This document shows positions 11,183 through 19,631 of a DNA stretch of 64,000 bases, in pieces. Below the pieces are notes generated by a model. That model worked only from the letters and a program-made list of their open reading frames with translations. It searched no databases and was not told the origin of the DNA. The DNA comes from an uncultured delta proteobacterium (GTDB taxonomy: Bacteria; Desulfobacterota; WTBG01; CAIYCZ01), in the NCBI GenBank assembly GCA_963803975.1, contig CAWDOY010000001.1, positions 32,001 through 96,000 of the forward strand, in the 5' to 3' direction. Every line of letters starts with the position of its first letter. Position 1 is the first letter of the stretch. Position numbers and translations under genes: made by a program.

Positions 11183-14125
11183 ATGGCGTTGCAGAATGTA
11201 TCCCCCCAGTGGAGATCTTTTTTGGTGCGGTTTATTTTACCAACCGCCATCACCATCGCCCTGTTTTTAACTTCCATTTTTTCTATCGTTATTCCCACCA
11301 TTGAGAAAAACAGCCTGGACCGCAAGCGGGAGATGATCCGCGAACTGACCAACTCAGCCTGGAACATTCTGGCGAAACTGGAGAACGATGTGCGGCTGGG
11401 GGTGCTGACCAGGGAGCAGGCCCAGAAGCAGGCCATTGACCAGATCCGCAACCTGCACTACGGCCAGGAGATGAAGGACTACTTCTGGATCAACGACATG
11501 CACCCGCGCATGGTTATACACCCGTACCGCACCGACCTGAACGGCAAGGATTTAAGCGACTACCAGGACCCGAACGGGAAACGGGTGTTCGTGGAATTTG
11601 TCAACGTGGTCAAAAAAGAGGGCTCCGGTTTTGTCAATTATATGTGGCAGTGGAAGGATGATAAAGCCCGCATTGTACCTAAAATCTCGTATGTCAAAGG
11701 ATTTGCGCCGTGGGGATGGATCATCGGCACCGGGATTTACATTGAAGACGTGAAGGCGGAAATTGCCCTGCTGATTCGCAATGTCATTGAGATCTCGCTG
11801 TTCATCCTGGTGGTCATGGCAGTGCTGCTGGCAACCATTATTATTCAGAGCTTCAGAACCGAGCAGCAGCGGCGCATTGCGGAGCAGGCGCTGCAGGAGT
11901 CTGAAGTGAAATACCGCACCCTGGTTGAGTCTGCTGCTGAAGGCATGCTTATGGCGCTCGAGGGCAGGTATATGTATGCCAACCAGACCATAGCAGCGCT
12001 GCTTGAATACAGCCAGGACGAGTTTTCGCAGATGCCCGTCCAGGAAATTTTCGTGCAGACACCAGCTCATCCCAGCTACCGGCACCTGCAGAATTTCATG
12101 GCGGGAAAGCCGCTTCCCGAAAGGTTTGAAGCGCAGTTGAAAACCAAATCAGGGGGCAGCAGGGATGTCATATTGTCCACATCCCCGATTGTTATCGGGG
12201 GCCGGGCAGGCTTTATCGTGGTTGCAACAGATATAACCCAGCGCAAGCAGGCCGAGGACGCGTTAGGTGTGAGCGAAGAAAAGTTTCGTACTCTGGCAAA
12301 CAACCTCAATGTCGGGCTGTTCAGGAGGACCATTGGCGACAGCCCGAAATTTATCGAGGTAAACCCGGCGCTGGTCTCGCTGCTTGGTTATGACAGCAAG
12401 GAAGAACTTCTTTCTATCTCAGCGGTCGATTTGTATGTTAATCCGGACGACCGGAAGAAATTTGAGCCAAAAGTCGAGCCGCAGGTTTCAAAAAGAGAAA
12501 TTAAAAGAGAAATTGTCAAGCTCAAGAAAAAAGACGGGACATTTTTTTTCTCCTCCATCTGGGCTGTTGTCATTAAAGATGAAGACGGGAATCCGCACTA
12601 TGTTGATGGGATTCTCGAAGACATAACAGACCTTAAATCCAGAGAAGAAGAGCAGGAACGCCTCCTTTCAGAAATGCAGGCGGCTTTGCTTTTTTTTAAC
12701 CAGCCGATAGAAAGCCTGCAGGTACAGGACGCCGTAGTATGTTCGCCCGCCACCAGCATTGCAGCGGCGGTATCCTTACTGGAGCAGCGGGAAACCGACG
12801 TCCTGTTGATACGAGATAACCAGGAAAACAATGTCGGGGTCATTACCGATCTGGACTTGAGAAAAAATGTTATGGCTAAAGGATGTCATCTGGATAAGCC
12901 CGTTTCAAGCATCATGAGTTCCCCCGTCATATCCATGTCCTGCAACTCGTGTATTTTTGAGGCCGGTCTTCTGATGGAGCAAAAACACATTTCCCATCTA
13001 TTTGTGACCAATAATCATGACCGTATTATTGGCGTGATTCGCAGTGACCACATCAGCGCAATTCAAAAATATTCTCCCACGATTCTTCTGCGGGATATCA
13101 ATAACGCCAAAGCTCCCCATGACATCATTGAGCACAATGCAGAACTCCCGTATCTTATCAATACCGTAATCAATAGCGGCGCAAAACCTCAATATATTAA
13201 TCATCTGACAACCATTATTGTAGATGCCGTGCTGCAAAAATTCATAGATTTTGCCATTCAGGAGCTTGGCATTCCTCCCGCCAGATTTACTTTTATAATT
13301 TTCGGCAGCGAGGGGCGTCAAGAGCAGACGCTGAGAACCGATCAGGATAATGCCATCATCTATGAAGATGTGCCGCCGGAGGCTGAGGAATCGGTGCAGG
13401 GGTATTTCCTGAATCTGGGGCAGCGGGTCTGCGGCTGGCTGCATCAGGCAGGGTATTCCTACTGCGAGGGAAACAATATGGCGCAAAATCCGCAATGGTG
13501 CCAGCCACTCTCTACCTGGAAGCGATATTTCAGTGAATGGATTGCCAACGGCACGGCAGAAGATCTGCTGAAAGCGAAAATCTTTTTTGATTTCAGAGGC
13601 GCTTATGGTGAACAGACTTTTGTGCAGCTGTTGCGAAAACATTTACATACGGTCATAGGGCAGAACCCGCGTTTTTTCCAATTGCTGGCAAGAAACGTGC
13701 TTCAGCTGAGCCCTCCCATAGGTTTCTTCGGGAATTTTGTTGTAGAATCGGTGGGAGAAAACAAGAAAGCTTTTGACATAAAAAGCTCCATGATGCCGAT
13801 TGTCGATTATGCAAGAATTTATGCGCTGCAGCATAACATAGCGGCGACCAATACCTTTGAACGATTAAAGCAGCTGTATGAACGCAACCTTCTTTCGCAG
13901 CAAAATTATCAGGAGATGATACAGGCATACAGCTATCTGATGCAGACCCGTCTTTGCACGCAGGCAGAGGCCATCATGCAGGGGAATAAACATCCCGATA
14001 ACTATGTCAGTCCCAGAAAACTGACCTACATTGAGCGCAAATTGCTAAAAGAGATATTTGCTCAAACAAAAAATTTTCAGGCGCGATTGAGCTATGACTT
14101 TACCGGACAGATGGGCGGTGTTTAA
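11183..14125 (+). CDS. Membrane sensor: TM-Cache-TM, PAS, PAS, CBS pair, DUF294 nucleotidyltransferase and DUF294_C
   Basis: Cache YFWIND..HPY..DPNGK..WGWIIGTGIY; two PAS/PAC ends (TDITQRK, EDITDLK); CBS VGVITDLDLR..IMSSPV; NTase FGSEGRQEQTLRTDQDNAIIY; FFDFR; YALQHNI..TNTFERL. Confidence 0.88.
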   Translation: MALQNVSPQWRSFLVRFILPTAITIALFLTSIFSIVIPTIEKNSLDRKREMIRELTNSAWNILAKLENDVRLGVLTREQAQKQAIDQIRNLHYGQEMKDYFWINDMHPRMVIHPYRTDLNGKDLSDYQDPNGKRVFVEFVNVVKKEGSGFVNYMWQWKDDKARIVPKISYVKGFAPWGWIIGTGIYIEDVKAEIALLIRNVIEISLFILVVMAVLLATIIIQSFRTEQQRRIAEQALQESEVKYRTLVESAAEGMLMALEGRYMYANQTIAALLEYSQDEFSQMPVQEIFVQTPAHPSYRHLQNFMAGKPLPERFEAQLKTKSGGSRDVILSTSPIVIGGRAGFIVVATDITQRKQAEDALGVSEEKFRTLANNLNVGLFRRTIGDSPKFIEVNPALVSLLGYDSKEELLSISAVDLYVNPDDRKKFEPKVEPQVSKREIKREIVKLKKKDGTFFFSSIWAVVIKDEDGNPHYVDGILEDITDLKSREEEQERLLSEMQAALLFFNQPIESLQVQDAVVCSPATSIAAAVSLLEQRETDVLLIRDNQENNVGVITDLDLRKNVMAKGCHLDKPVSSIMSSPVISMSCNSCIFEAGLLMEQKHISHLFVTNNHDRIIGVIRSDHISAIQKYSPTILLRDINNAKAPHDIIEHNAELPYLINTVINSGAKPQYINHLTTIIVDAVLQKFIDFAIQELGIPPARFTFIIFGSEGRQEQTLRTDQDNAIIYEDVPPEAEESVQGYFLNLGQRVCGWLHQAGYSYCEGNNMAQNPQWCQPLSTWKRYFSEWIANGTAEDLLKAKIFFDFRGAYGEQTFVQLLRKHLHTVIGQNPRFFQLLARNVLQLSPPIGFFGNFVVESVGENKKAFDIKSSMMPIVDYARIYALQHNIAATNTFERLKQLYERNLLSQQNYQEMIQAYSYLMQTRLCTQAEAIMQGNKHPDNYVSPRKLTYIERKLLKEIFAQTKNFQARLSYDFTGQMGGV
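11315..11610 (+). repeat. Near-identical direct repeat, copy 1 (Cache coding segment)
   Basis: About 10 mismatches in ~296 nt versus 15341-15636 by manual alignment; offset 4026 nt. Confidence 0.9.
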
Positions 14126-14884
14126 TTGATACTGGTAACCTCTGATACGCACTGTTATTACGATACCATCAATCAGCAGGTCGAATATGCCGAGGCGGTC
14201 CTGAACAATGCGATCTCCTGCGTCATTCATCTGGGAGACTTCGGGATTTATAAAGCCAATCTGCATGAATACTTCATCAGGAAGGGCAAGCGGTTTATCC
14301 GGCCGGTATATTTCATAGAAGGTAATCACGAGGACTTTCAGGCCTTCCCCCGGCTCACGGAAAAATACCGGGATTTTTTCACCTACCTCCCGCGGGGAAC
14401 CGTCCACACCCTGGATGGCTACCGCTTTCTGGCGCTCGGCGGGGCAGCCTATATGGATTCTTTCAACACGCAGAAGGGGGCGATCATCACAGATGCCAAT
14501 ATTAATCAGTGCCTTTCAATCCCTCGGGATGCCGTTGATATTATTCTTACCCATGACTGTCCGAACGGGATCGGCGTGCCGAATACGCCGGGGCTTGATT
14601 ATTATGGCGCAACCGGTTTTCCCCGAAGCGACGAACTGGGGGCTCATTTTAAGCCGCGACTGTGGCTGTTCGGCCATCATCACAAGCTCTTTGAATACGG
14701 GGATGCCTGTACGCGGTACTACGGTCTTGGCGACACCTGGAAGGGATTCGGCCTTTTAGATGCAGATTATCAGTTCAGGATTGTGATGCACCAGATTGCA
14801 TGGGAGCGCCCGCCCCTTATTGAAAGACTGCTGATAAAGCTCAAAATCATCAGGCCGGACCGGCCCCCGGTCAGCATCGAGTGA
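14126..14884 (+). CDS. Calcineurin-like metallophosphoesterase
   Basis: SDTH, HLGDFG, EGNHE, LTHD, FGHHH; TTG start directly abuts the upstream TAA. Confidence 0.87.
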   Translation: MILVTSDTHCYYDTINQQVEYAEAVLNNAISCVIHLGDFGIYKANLHEYFIRKGKRFIRPVYFIEGNHEDFQAFPRLTEKYRDFFTYLPRGTVHTLDGYRFLALGGAAYMDSFNTQKGAIITDANINQCLSIPRDAVDIILTHDCPNGIGVPNTPGLDYYGATGFPRSDELGAHFKPRLWLFGHHHKLFEYGDACTRYYGLGDTWKGFGLLDADYQFRIVMHQIAWERPPLIERLLIKLKIIRPDRPPVSIE

Positions 14885-15048
14885 TGTTTTTTAAAACAGA
14901 AACCCTTAATCAGTCCCACCTGGTTATTCAACCTCGCACCCTCTGAGCCCTGCAAATTTTTTCTTTTTTATCCCGGCTTGAACGAGACAGTTTTTGTATT
15001 TTAAAATAATTTTATTTCATTATGGCTATCGCGCCATGAAACCGGCCA

Positions 15049-15079
15049 TTGACACGACGGTCTCTTTAGCATATATACT
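15049..15079 (+). promoter_or_regulatory. Putative sigma70 promoter of the HK-RR-protease unit
   Basis: TTGACA-17nt-TATATA/TATACT. Confidence 0.55.
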
Positions 15080-15208
15080 CATTCTGTTTGTCCCCAGCCG
15101 CCTGGATGGTGCAGGGGTGCACCCGGGGTATCAGGCCAGCGCTGAGGGTATTGTAACACGAACTAAAACACGCACGGCAATCTACAGCATCAGTTTTTTC
15201 AAAACGTC

Positions 15209-16660
15209 ATGACAGCCCAGCAGCTACCTTTTCACTGGAAATCCTTTGGCATGAGGATTATTCTTCCCACCATCCTCACCATCGCGCTTTTCATCCTGGC
15301 GCTGTTTATGTTTATCATTCCCACCATTCAAAAAAACAGTCTGGACCGCAAGCGGGAGATGATCCGCGAGCTGACCAACTCAGCCTGGAACATTCTGGCG
15401 AAACTGGATAACGATGTGCGGCTGGGGGTGCTGACCAGGGAGCAGGCCCAGAAGCAGGCCATTGACCAGATCCGCAGCCTGCACTACGGCCAGGAGATGA
15501 AGGACTACTTCTGGATCAACGACATGCAACCGCGCATGGTCATACACCCGTACCGCACGGACCTGAACGGCAGGGATTTAAGCGACTACCAGGACCCGAA
15601 CGGGAAGAGGGTGTTTGTGGAATTTGTCAACGTGGTGAAGAAGGACGGCTTCGGCTATGTTGACTATTTGTGGCAGGACCGCGACAATAAAAATCTCGTT
15701 GTGCCTAAAATCTCCTATGTGAAGGGGTTTGCACCCTGGGGCTGGATTATCGGCACCGGGATTTACATTGACGACGTTCAGGCGGAAATCGCCCTGCTGA
15801 TCCGCTCCGTCATGAGGATTTCAGGGGTTATTCTGCTGCTGATGCTGCTGCTGCTCGCAAGCATTATCCGGCAGAGCTACCGCACCCAGAAACAGCTGTG
15901 GGTTGAAGAAGAGGAGCTTAAAAAAACCCAGGCCAGCCTGGCATTTGCAGAAAAAATGGCGTCCCTGGGAAAGCTCTCGGCAATGGTCGCCCATGAAATC
16001 AATAATCCTCTTTCAGGAATTCTATCCTATGCCAAACTCTCATCCCGATATCTGAGCAAAGCTACCGGTGACACTGAAACCGCGGCAGAGATCAATAATA
16101 ACCTCTCTTTTATCGCTGCCGAGGCCAAACGTTGCGGAGACATCGTCAAAAACCTGCTGCAGTTTGCAAAACGGGCTTCAGGGGAAGTGAAAGAGACGCA
16201 TCTCAATGAAATAGTTGATGTAAGCATGCAAGTGATTGCCCACAGCGTCAAGATGAAAAACCTGGAGCTCAAAAAACAGCTGGGCCAGGGAGACGACCTG
16301 ATTCAATGCGATGCAGGCGCCATTCAGCAGATCCTTATCGCCATGATTGTTAATTCCATAGAATCGTCATCACCCGGGGGGACCATTATTGCCCGCACTG
16401 ACTATAATGATGCGGCGTGCGTTCGGATCGCGTTGAAGGATTTTGGGGCGGGAATTGCCCCTGACGTGCTGCCGCACATATTTGAGCCTTTTTTCTCCAC
16501 AAAAGAATCAAATAAGAGCATGGGGCTGGGGCTGTCGGTGGTATACGGCATTGTCCAGCGGCACGGCGGTACCATCAGCGTGGATTCGCGCGCGGGCGCG
16601 GGTACCGAGTTTGTCATCACCCTCCCCCGCACACAACAGACCGCTGCCAACCAAACGTAA
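15209..16660 (+). CDS. Cache-domain sensor histidine kinase (NtrB-like)
   Basis: Cache between two TMs; H-box AHEINNPL; DFGAGI, FEPFFSTK, GLGLS, GTEF. Confidence 0.93.
   Translation: MTAQQLPFHWKSFGMRIILPTILTIALFILALFMFIIPTIQKNSLDRKREMIRELTNSAWNILAKLDNDVRLGVLTREQAQKQAIDQIRSLHYGQEMKDYFWINDMQPRMVIHPYRTDLNGRDLSDYQDPNGKRVFVEFVNVVKKDGFGYVDYLWQDRDNKNLVVPKISYVKGFAPWGWIIGTGIYIDDVQAEIALLIRSVMRISGVILLLMLLLLASIIRQSYRTQKQLWVEEEELKKTQASLAFAEKMASLGKLSAMVAHEINNPLSGILSYAKLSSRYLSKATGDTETAAEINNNLSFIAAEAKRCGDIVKNLLQFAKRASGEVKETHLNEIVDVSMQVIAHSVKMKNLELKKQLGQGDDLIQCDAGAIQQILIAMIVNSIESSSPGGTIIARTDYNDAACVRIALKDFGAGIAPDVLPHIFEPFFSTKESNKSMGLGLSVVYGIVQRHGGTISVDSRAGAGTEFVITLPRTQQTAANQT
15341..15636 (+). repeat. Near-identical direct repeat, copy 2 (Cache coding segment)
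   Basis: Matches 11315-11610. Confidence 0.9.
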
Positions 16661-16677
16661 TAAAGGAGTTTTGCACG

Positions 16678-18021
16678 ATGAAACCAGCCGACATAGGAAT
16701 CCTTATTGTTGATGATGAAGCTTCGGTACGGGATGCTCTCTATAAATGGTTTAAATTTGACGGATACCGCGTAGATACGGCTGAAGAAGCCACCAGCGCG
16801 CTTAAAAAGCTTCAGGAGGATTCCTGGGAGATTGTTCTGCTGGATATTAAAATGCCGGGCATGGACGGGCTGGAACTGCAGCGGCAAATAAAAAAGATTG
16901 ATAAGGACATTATAACTATTATCATTACCGCCTTTGCCTCAGTTGATACCAGCATCCAGGCGCTCAAAGAGGGAGCGTTTGATTACATTGTCAAACCCAT
17001 CGACCCTGATGATATGAGCCATCTCATCAGGAATGCAGTTGAACAGAGACGGCTGCTTACTGAAAACATGCAGCTGCGGCAGCAGATTGAGGAAATCTCC
17101 TACCCGGATGAGATTGTGGGAGAAAGCCCGGCACTTAAAAAGGTCATGGATAAGGTTGCCACGGTCGCGCAGACCGATTCAACCGTCATGATCCGCGGAG
17201 AAAGCGGCACCGGGAAGGAACTGATCGCACGGGCTATCCACAGCAACAGCAACCGCAGGTATTTTCCTATCATTACCATCAATTGCGGGTCCTATGCGGA
17301 AGGGCTGCTGGAAAGCGAACTTTTCGGCCATGAAAAGGGGGCCTTCACCGGGGCGCTGTACCGGAGACGGGGCAAGCTGGAAATGGCCGACAAAGGAACC
17401 ATATTTTTGGATGAGATCGGCAATATCGGGGAGAAGATGCAAATGGATCTGCTGCGGGTAATTGAAACGCGGCAGTTCACCCGGCTGGGAGGCGATAAGC
17501 TTATCAGCGTTGATTTCAGGATTATCAGCGCAACCAACAAGGACCTGGAAAAGGCGGTCAGGGAAGGAAGCTTTCGTGAAGACCTGTATTACCGGCTCAA
17601 TGTTTTTTCCATAACCCTGCCGCAGCTGCGTGAGCGAAAATCAGATATTGCGCTGATAGCACGGTTTTTCGTGAATAAATATTCCCAGTCGATGAATAAA
17701 ACTGTTACCGATCTTTCTCCCGAAACGCTGGATATGCTCATGAAATACCACTGGCCGGGAAACATCCGGGAGCTGCGGAACGTTATTGAGCGGGCGATGG
17801 TGGGTGCGCGGGGTCCCCGCATTGAAGTATCCGATCTCGCTTTTCCCTTTCATCCTTCCTCAAAACTGTCAAGCGAAGAGACCCTGGAGGCAGTGGAAAA
17901 AAATCATATCAAAGATATTCTGGATCGCACCGGGGGCAATGTCGCTCAGGCTGCAGGCATCCTCAAGATCAGCCGGCTTACCCTGTATAATAAAATAGGA
18001 AAATACCGGTTAAAAAAATGA
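16678..18021 (+). CDS. Sigma54-dependent response regulator (NtrC family)
   Basis: REC (VDDE, LLDIKMPG), GESGTGKE, GAFTGA, WPGNIREL, Fis HTH. Confidence 0.95.
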   Translation: MKPADIGILIVDDEASVRDALYKWFKFDGYRVDTAEEATSALKKLQEDSWEIVLLDIKMPGMDGLELQRQIKKIDKDIITIIITAFASVDTSIQALKEGAFDYIVKPIDPDDMSHLIRNAVEQRRLLTENMQLRQQIEEISYPDEIVGESPALKKVMDKVATVAQTDSTVMIRGESGTGKELIARAIHSNSNRRYFPIITINCGSYAEGLLESELFGHEKGAFTGALYRRRGKLEMADKGTIFLDEIGNIGEKMQMDLLRVIETRQFTRLGGDKLISVDFRIISATNKDLEKAVREGSFREDLYYRLNVFSITLPQLRERKSDIALIARFFVNKYSQSMNKTVTDLSPETLDMLMKYHWPGNIRELRNVIERAMVGARGPRIEVSDLAFPFHPSSKLSSEETLEAVEKNHIKDILDRTGGNVAQAAGILKISRLTLYNKIGKYRLKK

Positions 18022-18042
18022 TAGTGCTGCCGCGCCGATAGT

Positions 18043-18570
18043 ATGTTCTATATCTACATCGTGCCCATCAGCGGACAGGGACTCGGCTGTATTGAAGAAT
18101 TGCAGCGCTGCGTTGAGCATGCCTTTGGCGTCAAGACGAAATGCCGCGCCTTTAACGTCAACCTGCCGGACACCTTCGACCCCCACAGAAAACAGTACAA
18201 CTCCTCTCTTATCCTGCGGCAGTTAATTGCCGCGCCCCCAGCGGATGCATACAAAATTCTGGGGATTACCGGCATGGATCTTTTTATTCCCATACTCACC
18301 TATGTTTTCGGCGAGGCACAGCTTGACGGCATCGGGGCGGTGGTTTCGCTGCACCGGCTCAACAATCAGTTTTACGGTTTGCCGGAAGACCCCGGCCTGA
18401 TGCATGACCGGCTCCTGAAAGAGGCAGTGCATGAGCTGGGGCACACCTTCGGGCTGCTCCACTGCTTTCATCCCGGCTGCGTACTTAACGCATCCACCTA
18501 TGTGGAGGACATTGATCAGAAGTCGCGCGAACTTTGTTTCACCTGCCGGGAGACCATCAGATTGAAGTAA
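18043..18570 (+). CDS. Archaemetzincin (M54) zinc metalloprotease
   Basis: HELGHTFGLLHCFHPGCVLNAS...CFTC: HExxHxxGxxH plus Cys4 motif. Confidence 0.9.
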   Translation: MFYIYIVPISGQGLGCIEELQRCVEHAFGVKTKCRAFNVNLPDTFDPHRKQYNSSLILRQLIAAPPADAYKILGITGMDLFIPILTYVFGEAQLDGIGAVVSLHRLNNQFYGLPEDPGLMHDRLLKEAVHELGHTFGLLHCFHPGCVLNASTYVEDIDQKSRELCFTCRETIRLK

Positions 18571-18649
18571 GGTTCAGGGGGCGGAACATCAGTGGAGGGG
18601 TGGCAGAGGTATGGCGTGCCAGATAGGATTTTGTATGACAGCCGCCAGC

Positions 18650-19495
18650 TTATGGCACGGTCTTTGTTGTTAAGCAGTTTTCCGGAGAAGGGCAATTCTC
18701 GCTCCGGGATAAAGAGTCTATTATCTGATAGTACTGCTCCGCGCTGAGAAGCTCGGCAAGAGAATTTATTTTCACCCCCCCATCCTGCATGGTGGGGCCG
18801 AGGTCGTTCGATGAGTGCTGCAGCATTGCCGTGCCCGCTGCAGTCAGTTCCTGGTGCTTCTGCTGGTACCAGGCGAGAGCCTTTTTGCCGAACAGCAGGT
18901 TCCGCAGGTCATGTTCAAGGGTTGCGGGCTTTACGGTGACCATCCACCCCTCATCCCAGGGGTCGCTCATTATCAGCTCAGGTTCCTTTTGCAGCCGCTT
19001 GTTTATCAGCTGGATGGTTCCGGTAAGCGGTGCAATAACCGGTATGATATGGTGTTCCTGAATTATGTGCGCGCAGCATTCCCCCTGGCGTATCATCTCG
19101 CCTTCCTGCGGCAGAACTACTGCTTTCAACCGAACCATCAGCCGGGTCAGCACATCATCAATGCCAATCCGGACATTTTCCGGGTCCTCAACTTTTACCC
19201 AGCAGTGACCGGGATGATAAAAGAGCGACCAGCGCAGATGGAGAGAGGCATCCGGCACTGAAGAGAGCTCTTCCCCGGTCCCGGCTTCCTGCCGGGAATC
19301 CTCTGCTGCGGCCTCATTGCGCATCACCTGATCAAACATGCAGGTTTCGCACCGGTAGTCACGGGCGCAGAGCTTATAGGAGATCAGGCCGGTGGTCATC
19401 CAGACGCATCTTTTTTCTTCTTCCGGAATCAGATGACACTCTTTTTTGCTCATAGACTTGCAACCGTATTCAGCCGGGTTGTGATAAACAGACAT
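18650..19495 (-). CDS. GcvH-like (lipoyl-carrier fold) protein with Cys-rich N-terminus and no lipoyl Lys; start may be 19453
   Basis: YHPGHCWV, RIGIDD, APLTGTI..IN, DPWDEGWM; the ESVK position reads IQEHH; N-terminal CVWM..C..DYRCETCMFD. Confidence 0.8.
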   Translation of the reverse strand: MSVYHNPAEYGCKSMSKKECHLIPEEEKRCVWMTTGLISYKLCARDYRCETCMFDQVMRNEAAAEDSRQEAGTGEELSSVPDASLHLRWSLFYHPGHCWVKVEDPENVRIGIDDVLTRLMVRLKAVVLPQEGEMIRQGECCAHIIQEHHIIPVIAPLTGTIQLINKRLQKEPELIMSDPWDEGWMVTVKPATLEHDLRNLLFGKKALAWYQQKHQELTAAGTAMLQHSSNDLGPTMQDGGVKINSLAELLSAEQYYQIIDSLSRSENCPSPENCLTTKTVP

Positions 19496-19590
19496 GTATG
19501 TATAGTAGCGTTTTTGTTAACAGCCCTGAAAAGTTTTATAATATATCCCGTGTGTTCGATCTCTCCTGTTTTTTCTGGGCGTTCAGGAGA

Positions 19591-19624
19591 TGCGGCCCCG
19601 CACCGTAGATGGGGCGGGGCCGCA
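19591..19624. other. GC-rich stem-loop between the MFS and GcvH-like genes
   Basis: TGCGGCCCCGC...GCGGGGCCGCA 11-bp inverted repeat, no clear U-tract. Confidence 0.55.
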
Positions 19625-19631
19625 GGGGTGA

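Noticed and set aside
11315..15636. Cache repeat pair as a DGR template/variable repeat
   Set aside because: Mismatches are not adenine-specific, both copies are coding, and no reverse transcriptase is present
18650..19495. Annotation as true gcvH
   Set aside because: Lipoyl-lysine motif missing and no other glycine cleavage genes nearby
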